From IMG/VR virus record IMGVR_UViG_3300025132_000021, positions 64,001-128,000 of that record: a DNA stretch of 64,000 bases; one strand, given 5' to 3'. This DNA comes from a virus. The translations under genes were made by a program, and so were the position numbers. Shown in pieces: positions 35,827 to 46,235 of the stretch. Within the stretch, counting starts at the first letter, position 1; each line of letters begins with the position of its first letter. The notes under the pieces were generated by a model. That model saw nothing but the letters and a program-made list of their open reading frames with translations. It had not been told where the DNA came from and did not search any database.

Positions 35827-36786
35827 ATGTCAGGCTCGTATGGAGAAGATATTAGGGATGTTAAGCGTCCTTATCGTAAGAAAGCCTTCCAAACAGGTTA
35901 TTCACAAAAAGGTTCTGCTGTTTCCAGCACACCGTTGCCACAGCACACCTATTCAACTACTACTACGCAACAAACTGAAGCCCAGAGACCGGGAGTAGAC
36001 CCTCACACCTTTCGTCGTGCCGTCAGGCCAACCCCTGAATCTTTGGACGGAGGCACAGCAATTGCTGGTGCGTTTTATCCGTGGCATACATCACCTAAGC
36101 CAGAATCGGCTAACTTGGTTCAAAGACAAAAAGTAGATTTGAATGCTACACCCCTTCCTCAAAACAATTATATTGATGCCGTAGTTATCAATGTATCAGA
36201 TGGTTCAATAGGAACTACCTCTTGGGTCGCTGGAGTGCCAACACCCACTCCATTTACAGGAGTAGCACCAGCACCACAAATCGCTCAAAATGCAGGTTTA
36301 ATTACGAATACGCCCGGTGCGCCCAGTTCAACTACACAGGCTAAAACTGTGTCTGCTTCTACTAATCCTAACTCTCCACAAGCCACAGGAGGAACAACAT
36401 TTGTTCCACAAGGAGTTCCCGCAGGACCAGCACCCCAAGTGAATGCTTTGATTACACCCGGTTCTAACCAAGAGATTTACCGAGTTTCTACATTTGGACA
36501 CTCCGAAACCGCAGCAGGAACAGCAGGAGTCACTTATCAAATCTGGGTAGATGGTTCATTGTTTATGGAATGGTCTGACTATCAATGGTCGCCTATTACT
36601 CCTCGTTCCTACCAATGGTTCTTTGATAATCCTATCGTAGTTCAACAACAAATTGTCTATCGTGTTATTAACGAAACTTCGGGTGCAATTAGCGCAGCAG
36701 GAGAAGTTGCTGAAGCCGCCTTTGCAGGTTGGACTGAACAACGCTTCGGATACAACGATGTTGGATACACACAACTTCAATCTTGA
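35827..36786 (+). CDS. putative structural protein with C-terminal beta-sandwich
   Basis: P-I at 35798; T/P-rich linker then YQIWVDG, NPIVVQQQIVYRVIN, AAFAGW. Confidence 0.5.
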   Translation: MSGSYGEDIRDVKRPYRKKAFQTGYSQKGSAVSSTPLPQHTYSTTTTQQTEAQRPGVDPHTFRRAVRPTPESLDGGTAIAGAFYPWHTSPKPESANLVQRQKVDLNATPLPQNNYIDAVVINVSDGSIGTTSWVAGVPTPTPFTGVAPAPQIAQNAGLITNTPGAPSSTTQAKTVSASTNPNSPQATGGTTFVPQGVPAGPAPQVNALITPGSNQEIYRVSTFGHSETAAGTAGVTYQIWVDGSLFMEWSDYQWSPITPRSYQWFFDNPIVVQQQIVYRVINETSGAISAAGEVAEAAFAGWTEQRFGYNDVGYTQLQS

Positions 36787-36821
36787 TAAACTTTAAGTAG
36801 TTGTGCAACTAATGAAGGAAC

Positions 36822-39800
36822 ATGGCATCCTCTACGCCTCCAGAATATACGGGTTCAGACCGTGGTAGTGGTTTGCTTACGGTTACTGATGGCACAATTA
36901 TTGGTAACAACATTAACGAAATCGTAGTCTCACCGGGAACTTTAGGAGTTACGGGACAAACAGCCACAATAGCCACAGGCGGAGGTGGCGGTGGTGGTTC
37001 TGGAACAGTCACTTCTGTTAGCACTACTTTATCTGGCATTACTGTCAATAATTCTACTACGGCGGCTCAAATTGTGGGAACTTTAGGAGTTGCTTCAGGA
37101 GGAACAGGTGCAACTACATTAACCGATGGCGGAATCCTGTTGGGTTCTGGAACAGGGGTTATCACGGCTACGGCACAACCCGCTAATGGACAGTTGCTTA
37201 TTGGTTCATCAGGTTCAGACCCCGTATTAGCAAACTTAACTGAAGGCACGAACATTACTATTCAAAATACTCCCGGTGGTATTGAAATTGGAACTACGGC
37301 TGCCGCTTACGGCAATTGGACTGTAAAAGCAGGAGCCTCAACAGGTTTAGTAGCCTCTGGAGATGAAGTAGATTTTGTAGGTGGAACAGGTATAGCCACA
37401 CCTACACTAACAGGTGCGAGTCCCAACTTTGATGTCAATATCGCTGTGGATAGCACAGTTCTGACTGTTTCTCCAGCACCGAGCGCAAATCAACTTCCTT
37501 ATTTTAGTGGTGTGGGTGCAGGTATCAGCGCAGTAGGACCCCTTGCGAATGGAGAATTGTTGATTGGTAGCGGAGGTAGCGCACCAGTTCCCGCCGTTTT
37601 AACCGAAGGTGCAAACATTACTATTGCCGAAGGACCGGGAACAATTACCATTGGAACAACAGGACTCGGAACTATGAGTCAATGGGATATAGCAGCAACG
37701 GCTGGTGCTACCCAATCAGTTCAGAACGGACAAGAAGTGGAGTTCTTAGGAGATACAGCCCTTTTACCTACTGTTGCAGCAGGAGGCATAGACTATACTT
37801 TAACTTACAGTATTATCCCAACAGGTGACATACAATCCAGTTCAAATGTTCAATTTAAGTTCACTCAAGCAACTGATTCCACAGATGGACCTGAACTTAG
37901 ACTTCGCAAAACCAGAGGCAACACGGGTGCGCCTTCAGCCATTTCAGACGGAGATACTCTCGGTCGCATTACTGCCTATCCTTACACAAGCACAGTTCCC
38001 ACTTATGAATTATCTGGTGGATTAGGCTGGACAGCCAACGGCAACGCAGGAGATTCTCGGTATAGTGTTGATACTCAAGTTTCAAATGTTACTGCCATGC
38101 GATTTGGAACGACTAATGCAGGAAACTTTTACGCAGGTAATCTTACCGCAGCCACAGGATATGCTTTCCCACTCGTAGATGGTTCTGCTAATCAAACTTT
38201 AGTTACTGATGGTGGAGGAAACTTAAGTTTCGCTACCACAGGTTCAATCAGTAGCGGAGTTGCCACTCAAGTAGCCTTTTATTCCGCCACTAATACTTTA
38301 ACAGGTTCAAGTAAGTTCACATGGGACGACACAGCAGCAGCAGAACACTTAGAGATTCAATCAAGCAATCCGTTGCCAATGATTATTGCTACCTCATCTT
38401 CAGGAATTAACGGAGCCAGAATGGATTTAACCAGCACAGCCACAGCATTGGACAATCGTTCCGTAGGAATTATTGACTTTGCAGGACAGGATTCCGCAGG
38501 TAATTCAGATTATTATGTTATTGTTTCGGGCAAGTCTAAACTTACAACAAGTGGTTCAGAGCAAGGTTTATTGAGTTTCCAAGTAGCAGGAACTTCTGAC
38601 ACGGTGCAAGGATTCCCAGAAGTTATGACTTTAGATAACACAGGGGTTATTGTCAATCCGGGAACTTTAACTGAAATGGATTTCACAGTTGCCACAGCCA
38701 ATTTTGATACTGCTTTCCAAATAGATGCTTCTTTAGACGATATTGTTACCGCAGTTCCTTTCCGTAATGAAATTGAAATCAAAAAGATTGATGCAGGAAT
38801 CAATGTAGGACCAGACTTAAAACTTTATAGAGATTCTGCTTCACCTGCTGCTTCCGATATTTTAGGACAAGTTTTGTTTTCGGGCAACGATGATACATCA
38901 CCTACTCCTGTGAAGATAAATTATGCTTCAATTACTGGATTTATTACAGATGCTACCGCAGGGGCGCATGATGGTTCAATTGTATTCAACTGTGTGCGAA
39001 ACGGCACAAGTGCGCCCTATATGAACATTGGTAAGTTATCTGCTGGTGGTGTGCGAAGTGTTACTATTAACGAAAATCAATTAGACAATGATTTTATCGT
39101 GGCGACCACTGGGCAAGCCGAAGCCCTCAAGATTGATGGTTCAACCGATACTCTCTCATTGGCTGTTCCTATTAACAGTTATCAGGGTTCAACCCCTGCT
39201 AATGGTGAATTACTGATTGGAAACGGCTCGCAATTCACTAAAAACACTTTAACACAAGGGACAGGAATCACCATTACCCCCGGTGCAGGTTCTATTGAAA
39301 TTGCCGCTACAACATTGGGAACGGTCACAGAAGTAGGCTTGGCAGCCCCCGCCGCTTTCACGGTAAGTGGTTCACCAGTCACAGGTTCAGGAACTTTAAC
39401 TTTCGCTGGTGCTGGAAACGCAACTCAAGTAGTTCTGGGAAATGGAAACTTAGGAACAAAGTTTGAACAATTTACGGTTTCAGGCAATACAGGAACTCCT
39501 CAAGATATTACCACAGGCAACACCCTCAAGATTGATGGAACAGCAGCATCAGGAATTACCACCGAGGCTATTGCTACCGACACCTTAAGAGTAAGTTTAA
39601 CTACCACAGGAGTTACTGCTGCAACTTATGGTTCGGAATCAGTTGTCCCAGTTATTACCGTAGATGCACAGGGGCGCATCACCAGCGTAGTTGATACTAC
39701 TATCGCAGGATTTACTCTAACGGCTGATTCTGGTAGCAACCAAACAGTATCTATTGGCGAGACCATGGATATTGCTGGAGGAACAGCGATTAGCACAGTA

Positions 39801-40949
39801 GTCGGTGCTACGGATACTGTCACTATTAACCTTGATGACATAGCAGGTGTAGAAGGTGTTTATACCAATGCCGACATTACTGTTGATGGTCAAGGTCGTG
39901 TCACAGCCGCCGCAAGCGGTAGTGGTGGAGGCGGAGTCATAGTTCAAGACGAAGGAACACCATTAGCCACTACTGCCACCACTCTTAACTTTGTAGGTTC
40001 TGGCGTAGTAGCATCGGGAACAGGGGCTACCAAAACTATTACCATCTCAGGTGGAAGTGGTTCAGGAACAGTCAATACAGCCAATCAATTTGAAGTTGCT
40101 TATTATGCCGCCGCAGGCACAGCAGTTAGTGGAAACACAGGTTTTACCTATAATGATACAGGAATCGCTGGCACAGCAGGATTATCTGTGGCCGAGGATA
40201 TTTTCGTAGGTAGCAAATTACAACACTTGGGAGATGCTGATACTTACCTTGAGTTCAGCGTAGATACTCTAAACGGCTTTACAGGTGGTAAAAACTGGCT
40301 TAATTCACAAGCCTCTCAAACCTCGGTTGGTTATGCTGATGATTTAACAGCCCCGACAACTGGTTTTGCAGCGAACTTTCAGGCTTCCAGATTCAGCATT
40401 GAGTCTTTTAGCGACCAAATTGGCCGTTTTAACAAGAACGGCACAGACAATCAAGTTACCCTAACTAAACTACACACAACGGCATTTGGACAATCTACTC
40501 GTGCGATTACGGGTTCTGGAACTACAACTGCGACTCCAGAAGGTTCTGGTGTTTATGCGGTTCAAACAACTGCCGCAGTAGTAGTTGATTTAACAGTGGG
40601 CATAATTGACTTAGGTGGTGGCAATCTGGGCGGTGTAGACAGCAGAACTGTGCCTGTTGGACAAGTCGCAGATACAGGATTTAATGGATATGGAACTTGG
40701 CAAGTCGGAGACCAAGTAACTATTATTGCTGATTGTGGAGGCACACCTAACATTACTATTGTTTCACAATACAATGAAACAGATGGTGCAGGAAATGTAA
40801 CCTCCGCAGCCGCAGGTCAAGTTAATATCAATCAAAGTGCTGCCCCAGTTACTATTACCACAGACTTTACAGCCAAAACTTTTGTTTTAGTTGAAGATAG
40901 TTCGGCAGGTGCAACCGCCCCTGATGTTCGTTGGGTCGCTATCGGGTGA
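36822..40949 (+). CDS. long fibre/spike (receptor-binding) protein
   Basis: P-I at 36793; G/T/S/A-rich beta repeats, NG[QE]LLIG..LT.G..ITI..G x3, ITVD.QGR.T fibre motifs. Confidence 0.75.
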   Translation: MASSTPPEYTGSDRGSGLLTVTDGTIIGNNINEIVVSPGTLGVTGQTATIATGGGGGGGSGTVTSVSTTLSGITVNNSTTAAQIVGTLGVASGGTGATTLTDGGILLGSGTGVITATAQPANGQLLIGSSGSDPVLANLTEGTNITIQNTPGGIEIGTTAAAYGNWTVKAGASTGLVASGDEVDFVGGTGIATPTLTGASPNFDVNIAVDSTVLTVSPAPSANQLPYFSGVGAGISAVGPLANGELLIGSGGSAPVPAVLTEGANITIAEGPGTITIGTTGLGTMSQWDIAATAGATQSVQNGQEVEFLGDTALLPTVAAGGIDYTLTYSIIPTGDIQSSSNVQFKFTQATDSTDGPELRLRKTRGNTGAPSAISDGDTLGRITAYPYTSTVPTYELSGGLGWTANGNAGDSRYSVDTQVSNVTAMRFGTTNAGNFYAGNLTAATGYAFPLVDGSANQTLVTDGGGNLSFATTGSISSGVATQVAFYSATNTLTGSSKFTWDDTAAAEHLEIQSSNPLPMIIATSSSGINGARMDLTSTATALDNRSVGIIDFAGQDSAGNSDYYVIVSGKSKLTTSGSEQGLLSFQVAGTSDTVQGFPEVMTLDNTGVIVNPGTLTEMDFTVATANFDTAFQIDASLDDIVTAVPFRNEIEIKKIDAGINVGPDLKLYRDSASPAASDILGQVLFSGNDDTSPTPVKINYASITGFITDATAGAHDGSIVFNCVRNGTSAPYMNIGKLSAGGVRSVTINENQLDNDFIVATTGQAEALKIDGSTDTLSLAVPINSYQGSTPANGELLIGNGSQFTKNTLTQGTGITITPGAGSIEIAATTLGTVTEVGLAAPAAFTVSGSPVTGSGTLTFAGAGNATQVVLGNGNLGTKFEQFTVSGNTGTPQDITTGNTLKIDGTAASGITTEAIATDTLRVSLTTTGVTAATYGSESVVPVITVDAQGRITSVVDTTIAGFTLTADSGSNQTVSIGETMDIAGGTAISTVVGATDTVTINLDDIAGVEGVYTNADITVDGQGRVTAAASGSGGGGVIVQDEGTPLATTATTLNFVGSGVVASGTGATKTITISGGSGSGTVNTANQFEVAYYAAAGTAVSGNTGFTYNDTGIAGTAGLSVAEDIFVGSKLQHLGDADTYLEFSVDTLNGFTGGKNWLNSQASQTSVGYADDLTAPTTGFAANFQASRFSIESFSDQIGRFNKNGTDNQVTLTKLHTTAFGQSTRAITGSGTTTATPEGSGVYAVQTTAAVVVDLTVGIIDLGGGNLGGVDSRTVPVGQVADTGFNGYGTWQVGDQVTIIADCGGTPNITIVSQYNETDGAGNVTSAAAGQVNINQSAAPVTITTDFTAKTFVLVEDSSAGATAPDVRWVAIG

Positions 40950-40954
40950 TTAAC

Positions 40955-41809
40955 ATGAGTCCACCAATTATTATCGGAGTTTGCGCTCAACAAAGTAGCG
41001 GAGGTGGAGGCGGAGGCATTACTTTTTCTATTAACTCCGTTGGTGGAAACAATCAGTCACCAGTTACTTCACCACCCGGTTCTTCTGCTTCATTTGCAGA
41101 TGTCGGAAACTCATTTACCTTTCCTTTGGCAGTAGACAATCCACCCAACTCCACAGGACTTGCCTCTACCCTTGTCGTAGGAGGCACACCCGGAGCAGGA
41201 AGGTATGATTGGGGCATCAGATATGATAGCACACCTTTTGATGGTTCTCAAAATCTTTTTAGTGCTGGTAAGGTCTTAGACGGTGCTTCTTCAGGACCCA
41301 ATGCAGGTAAGGCTATGAAAATCTCTTGGGAATATGATGTTTCAGTGCTTGGCGACCCCGGTTTAGTTGATGCTTTATACGAAACTTGGTGGGCTTTTGA
41401 TGAGGAGAATCAACTTTACCCACCACTTTCTGCTTCACCCGGTAAGATAGAAGTTAATATACTTGGTGGCACAGTTCCCGTTAATGCTGTTATGCCCGGT
41501 GGAGGCGGATTGGTGACTGTTAATTTGGGCGACCCTGCGAATCCATTTATTGAACCCGGTTCTATTATTAGAGTTACTTCTGATTCAGACCCCGACGGCA
41601 TCCCTGCCTCCCCAGAATTATTCAAATGGGGTTCTAATGGTGCATATTTTGACAGTGGTGAGTTGGGAACACCTACAATCCCTATGCTTCAAACCATTAC
41701 TTTTATCGCCCTTGATGGCACAGAAAGCACCGCCACTCAAAATCTGATTTGGACTTGTGGATTGAACCCATTTGACACACCAATTGCAGATGTCTTAACT
41801 TATCCATGA
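40955..41809 (+). CDS. fibre-associated structural protein
   Basis: GGGTGA SD before ATG 40955; poly-Gly hinge; beta-rich. Confidence 0.6.
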   Translation: MSPPIIIGVCAQQSSGGGGGGITFSINSVGGNNQSPVTSPPGSSASFADVGNSFTFPLAVDNPPNSTGLASTLVVGGTPGAGRYDWGIRYDSTPFDGSQNLFSAGKVLDGASSGPNAGKAMKISWEYDVSVLGDPGLVDALYETWWAFDEENQLYPPLSASPGKIEVNILGGTVPVNAVMPGGGGLVTVNLGDPANPFIEPGSIIRVTSDSDPDGIPASPELFKWGSNGAYFDSGELGTPTIPMLQTITFIALDGTESTATQNLIWTCGLNPFDTPIADVLTYP

Positions 41810-41847
41810 TGTAAAGGTTTAAGTAAGTCCTACACGATAGTCTTATT

Positions 41848-42015
41848 ATGCCTACCGTAGAGTTAAGCAACGAAGATATTACGCTTCTTTTAGAAGTATT
41901 GAACCAAACCACCATTCAAGGTCGTGAAGGTGCGATTCGCTTTTTGAAAGTATATCATGCACTGGAAAACGGTCTTGAAGAATCCGAAGGAGATGAAAAC
42001 CATGACGACAATTGA
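41848..42015 (+). CDS. 55-aa helical protein (absent from the ORF track), paralog of the next gene
   Basis: P-I at 41819 (29 nt); MPTVELSNEDITLLLEVLNQTTIQG... Confidence 0.75.
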   Translation: MPTVELSNEDITLLLEVLNQTTIQGREGAIRFLKVYHALENGLEESEGDENHDDN

Positions 42016-42157
42016 ATTAGAAAATAAAGAAATTGGAATCCTACTTCAAATCTTGAATACTACTCAAATACAAGGTGCAGAAAACATTAAAGTATTCATG
42101 GAAATCTGGGATAAACTGGTTTCAGTTTATGAACCCACTACTAACATTGAAGACTAA
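42002..42157 (+). CDS. 51-aa helical protein
   Basis: GGAGATGA SD; MTTIELENKEIGILLQILNTTQIQG aligns with the upstream paralog. Confidence 0.75.
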   Translation: MTTIELENKEIGILLQILNTTQIQGAENIKVFMEIWDKLVSVYEPTTNIED

Positions 42158-42189
42158 ACTTTAAGTAGTCGTGGGTAGTAATACTCACT

Positions 42190-42384
42190 ATGACTCCTGC
42201 TGACCGCACTTGGACATGGCTTTCTATGGGCTTTGCTGCTTTAGCCATGCTAACCAGTTTATTTGCTTTAGCCACCGACCCATCTTTTACCAAACAATCT
42301 GAAGTTGATTACTTAGATGAAAACCTTCCTGAAGAAGTCTTAGATGAGATGAGAGGCTTAGGAATGTCTACCTCGGACAACTAA
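42190..42384 (+). CDS. small N-terminal TM protein
   Basis: P-I at 42161 (29 nt). Confidence 0.7.
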   Translation: MTPADRTWTWLSMGFAALAMLTSLFALATDPSFTKQSEVDYLDENLPEEVLDEMRGLGMSTSDN

Positions 42385-42422
42385 TACAAAGCATTAAGTA
42401 TCAGCCACTATTATGAATAATC

Positions 42423-42629
42423 ATGTCGGAAGAGAGTCCAATCCCTAAACGCATGACTGTCAAGAAGTTGGGTCAAAAAGTGGATGAACTACAAGAAGTC
42501 GTAGATATTATCCATAGTGATATTGGAGAACTCAAAGAACTTTTGAAGACTATGATTGAACTTCAAATTGTTAAAACTCCAGAAATTGCTGATTCCAATG
42601 CGGCTTGGGTAGACCGTATGTATTCATAG
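42423..42629 (+). CDS. small coiled-coil protein
   Basis: P-I at 42394 (29 nt); heptad pattern. Confidence 0.65.
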   Translation: MSEESPIPKRMTVKKLGQKVDELQEVVDIIHSDIGELKELLKTMIELQIVKTPEIADSNAAWVDRMYS

Positions 42630-45600
42630 TTTCTCAAACAAAGTTTGTTGTTTGCCTAATTCTTTGCTTTCAAATGTTTCGGCTACCCATTTGCTCACTT
42701 GAGCATACAAGCCCGCAATATAATGATTACATCCATATTTGTCAATAAGGGTCTGCATCAGTCCATCATATTTACTAACACCACCTTCAGTCACAGTCAA
42801 AATCAAACGACCGGGACATAAAGTTTCTACTTCTTCGCCCGTGAATGGGTCAGTCTTGGTTTCCATAATAGTCCGACACTTACCACTCACAGGCACACGG
42901 CGATAACTTGCCCCACACTTAGGACATCTAACCTTTTGTTGCCCATAGGCTCTTAGATTACCTCGCATATCTCTGATAAGGTGTCTGTCTATCAATTTAC
43001 TGGCTTGTTCTTTATTGTCCACAGAAGCCAACATCTCACCTAATGCGAACTGTTCCATAGTTTTCCTTCGCATAGAATCTAAAGTATTGTAAGGATTGTT
43101 TCTTGGACCTGCTGCACAATCTTCAGTATCGTGCGTATAGCCGATTTTACCTACGGGCAATTCGCCAGCATCGGTTAAAGTTTCTACAATGGCTATGCCT
43201 TCAACTTTCAAAGCCGACTTCGGACTTGGTGGTTCATCTGCCTGAGTCAATTCATAAAACTCCACAGGATATTCCCAAACCACATCTACATTCAAGGCTT
43301 CTTTATCAATTTCAGTAGCCACAATTCTGGTTGTCAAAGTCAAAGGTGCGTCCATGCGTCCACCACGACTCTTAGGTAAAAACATACGGCTAAAGTTTAT
43401 TAGTCCTTCTGCCAAGAGCAAGATACAATCAATATCTCCATCACAATTTCGGCGTTTCGCTGCATGATAAAATGGATGTCCGTAATGACCTTTAACACCC
43501 GCTACACCAATGATACGAGCCAATACTGCCCCACTGGTATGCGGTGCAAGACCCATAATCAATTGTCCAATCAAACTTTCTTGAGGGTTATCTTCGTTGA
43601 TTTCATAAAAAGGTTCAAGTTCATACATGGTTTCTAACATATCATTAGTAAATCTCATAGCGGCGACCAAAGAGTTCACACAATTTTCAGCAACCACTAC
43701 ATCTTGAGGCATCAATTCAATAATCTGGTCATCTGCGACCACAGGTTTTCCTTGACAATCTACCACATAACCTAAATCTACTGCTTGTGCTGCCGTTAGT
43801 CCGATTTCATCGGGTCTAAAATGAGTCATGGTAATATCTACCATGTCAAAGCGAATAGTGCCATCACGGAAGGCACTCGTTCCATTTCGGTGTCTTAACA
43901 CTCCTTTGAGCATAGCCTCTGGAGTTTTCTCAGCACTTCGTAGACCTTTGCTACCTTTTACTTCAGGTTCAGTGGCTTGATGAGTAGTTTCTAAACAATC
44001 TTTCCAAATCTCCTCTGTCCCCAGATGTTGTTTAATGACTCCTACAAAGTTTGTTTCCGTTGCCTCGTGCGGTGCTGTCGCATCGCCCGAACAAACACCC
44101 CGCCAAGTCTGTGTATCACAAGTTGGACACACACGGACACCTACTGATACGCTTTCGTTCTTGCGAGCAGCATCACGAATACGGCGTTGAGAACCAGAGT
44201 TAAAACCCACAGGCCAAAGCCCATGCACAGGAGGATTCATCTCCCGATGTTTAGAACCTTCGGGCTTGCCCATTCTGGCTCCAATTCGCAAAGTTGTTCT
44301 GGGTCGGATTTCATAATCGGCCAAATCATTTAACCACTCTATTGCGGATTCATAAATACTTAAGTTTATTTTCAAAGATTTCTCAACTTTGGCTAATAAA
44401 TTAAGAACTAATAAACTTTCATCTCCAAACAGATTGCCCTCTGCGTCTATGTTAATCTGCGCTCGGTAGACCAATTCCCTAAACTTTTCAGGAACTTGAA
44501 TCTTTTCTCCACACAGGCTAATCGTGATATTACTCATCAACTCATAACCTTCTTCGGCTGTCAAATCTTGCCAGCCTGTGGCGACATATTGAGGTGCAAT
44601 TGGCACGCCATAAACTTTTGATTGTTCTACCGCTTCCAAGAAATTAGCAGGTGCGCTAATCATTTCTTTCTTTAACACAGCATTGTGCCATTCTGAAACA
44701 TAAGGACTCGGAGGAAGTGGATGGTTATTTTCTAAGAACTCACCTAATGGAACTAAGAGTTCACCCAAGTCCCAAACTTTACGAATCGGCCACTCTGGTT
44801 CAGTTGGCAGAACCGTCCAATCGTCCTCTGGTTCTAATCCTGCTAAAACTTTCAACTCTGCATCGGAATTAAACCTCTGTGCCGAACCATCATTAAGTTC
44901 TACATAAGGTCCGTCAATACTTGTGCAAGGAGTTGCCACAGTTGCTTTACCCGGTCTCTCATATTTCATTTGAGTTCCACAGATAACGAAACCTGCCATA
45001 GCCATCATAGTAACTGGGTGCATAGCAGTTGTCGCCAATCCTGCTAATCGGCTTCGCCCATAGCGCAATCTTAACCCGCCGCTTTGCATGGGCAATCCAA
45101 ACAAAGGTCGTCCTGCTAAGAAATCACTCATAAACTTATCACTTGGTTTAATTTCCGTAGACCCTGTTTTTGTTTGCACAAAACTTTTTAGCCAATCCCA
45201 GCCATCAAGTTCTAACGCTTCCACATATTTTAGAATCTTTGGTGCTTTCAGAACCAGACCTTCACACATAACCAACAGCATACCTTCACGAACTTTGTTA
45301 GTTGGCACTCTGGGTAAATCACGCTGTCCTGTGACTTCACCACCCACGCCTTCACCATCAACATAAACAGGACAATTTTGGGCAATTACTTCTAATTGAG
45401 GATTACTTGGTCTGTATTGTAGACCACGACTATATTTAGAAACTTCTTCCTTGTATCTTTCCACTTCTGCAAAAGTAACTTTCGGAGTTCCCAAACCAAA
45501 ATCACGGCGTAAGACATCTGCAATCAAAACACTAAGAGCCTGACCTGTTCCACCTGCTGAACGAATTGGTCCAGCATAGTTCACGGCTAAACATTCCGTA

Positions 45601-46190
45601 GCGTCATCATTAGATAGAATCCGACAGGATACTACACCTTCCAGTGGGGCTACAAGGATTCCTTCAGTTAGCACCGCCAATCCTGCACAGATACCATGAT
45701 ACAAACAAGCAGAGATTCTCAAATGTTCACCACGAGCCTTCTGCGCTTCAGTTTCATAAGTTTCTAAAGTTTCTTTCCAATTGGCTTTTCCAATGTCATT
45801 ATTGAATCCCATAACACTTCCAGTGCCTCCGCAATCATCACACGGAACTTTCCAAGTGGGTGTTTTAGCAATTTCACCAGAACCATTACAAGGTTTGCAC
45901 TTTTGTTTAACACCATACAATAAACTTTCAGCCGTTACAATACGAGCAATATCAATTGCTACCAATTCACGGTTTCCATCGTGAATCTCTGTTAATTCAC
46001 GGATTTGCTCTGCGGTGCGACGAAGATGTAAGAAATCCAGAAGTTTTTGAGTTCGGTCTGCCAAGTCGCTGGCTCTTGGGATTTCTACTGTTAAACGAGG
46101 GTCTAAACCTTTCGCACGAGCCTTATCTGCTAATTGATAAACAACATCACACTCTTCTTCTAATCTCTGAATGTATGCTTCATAATCCAT
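42624..46190 (-). CDS. polC: DNA polymerase D large subunit DP2
   Basis: ARAKGLDP..VEIP, LTEGILVAPLEG, YAGPIRSAGGT, RLRYGRSR, ERPGKA, GTIRFD, GLAPHTS, HAAKRRNCDGD, GGRMDAPL, C-terminal Zn site and PIP-like QQTLF. Confidence 0.97.
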   Translation of the reverse strand: MDYEAYIQRLEEECDVVYQLADKARAKGLDPRLTVEIPRASDLADRTQKLLDFLHLRRTAEQIRELTEIHDGNRELVAIDIARIVTAESLLYGVKQKCKPCNGSGEIAKTPTWKVPCDDCGGTGSVMGFNNDIGKANWKETLETYETEAQKARGEHLRISACLYHGICAGLAVLTEGILVAPLEGVVSCRILSNDDATECLAVNYAGPIRSAGGTGQALSVLIADVLRRDFGLGTPKVTFAEVERYKEEVSKYSRGLQYRPSNPQLEVIAQNCPVYVDGEGVGGEVTGQRDLPRVPTNKVREGMLLVMCEGLVLKAPKILKYVEALELDGWDWLKSFVQTKTGSTEIKPSDKFMSDFLAGRPLFGLPMQSGGLRLRYGRSRLAGLATTAMHPVTMMAMAGFVICGTQMKYERPGKATVATPCTSIDGPYVELNDGSAQRFNSDAELKVLAGLEPEDDWTVLPTEPEWPIRKVWDLGELLVPLGEFLENNHPLPPSPYVSEWHNAVLKKEMISAPANFLEAVEQSKVYGVPIAPQYVATGWQDLTAEEGYELMSNITISLCGEKIQVPEKFRELVYRAQINIDAEGNLFGDESLLVLNLLAKVEKSLKINLSIYESAIEWLNDLADYEIRPRTTLRIGARMGKPEGSKHREMNPPVHGLWPVGFNSGSQRRIRDAARKNESVSVGVRVCPTCDTQTWRGVCSGDATAPHEATETNFVGVIKQHLGTEEIWKDCLETTHQATEPEVKGSKGLRSAEKTPEAMLKGVLRHRNGTSAFRDGTIRFDMVDITMTHFRPDEIGLTAAQAVDLGYVVDCQGKPVVADDQIIELMPQDVVVAENCVNSLVAAMRFTNDMLETMYELEPFYEINEDNPQESLIGQLIMGLAPHTSGAVLARIIGVAGVKGHYGHPFYHAAKRRNCDGDIDCILLLAEGLINFSRMFLPKSRGGRMDAPLTLTTRIVATEIDKEALNVDVVWEYPVEFYELTQADEPPSPKSALKVEGIAIVETLTDAGELPVGKIGYTHDTEDCAAGPRNNPYNTLDSMRRKTMEQFALGEMLASVDNKEQASKLIDRHLIRDMRGNLRAYGQQKVRCPKCGASYRRVPVSGKCRTIMETKTDPFTGEEVETLCPGRLILTVTEGGVSKYDGLMQTLIDKYGCNHYIAGLYAQVSKWVAETFESKELGKQQTLFEKL

Positions 46191-46221
46191 GGCTACGCCT
46201 CTCTATGATAACATAGGGGCT

Positions 46222-46235
46222 ATCACTGGCTTAAA
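46222..46235 (-). promoter_or_regulatory. Class II-like promoter TTTAAGCCAGTGAT upstream of DP2
   Basis: 45 nt from the ATG, same spacing as the MCM motif; contains the upstream stop codon. Confidence 0.45.

Noticed and set aside
43430-43470. Intein at the DP2 catalytic motif
   Set aside because: HAAKRRNCDGD is contiguous and the protein length is normal.
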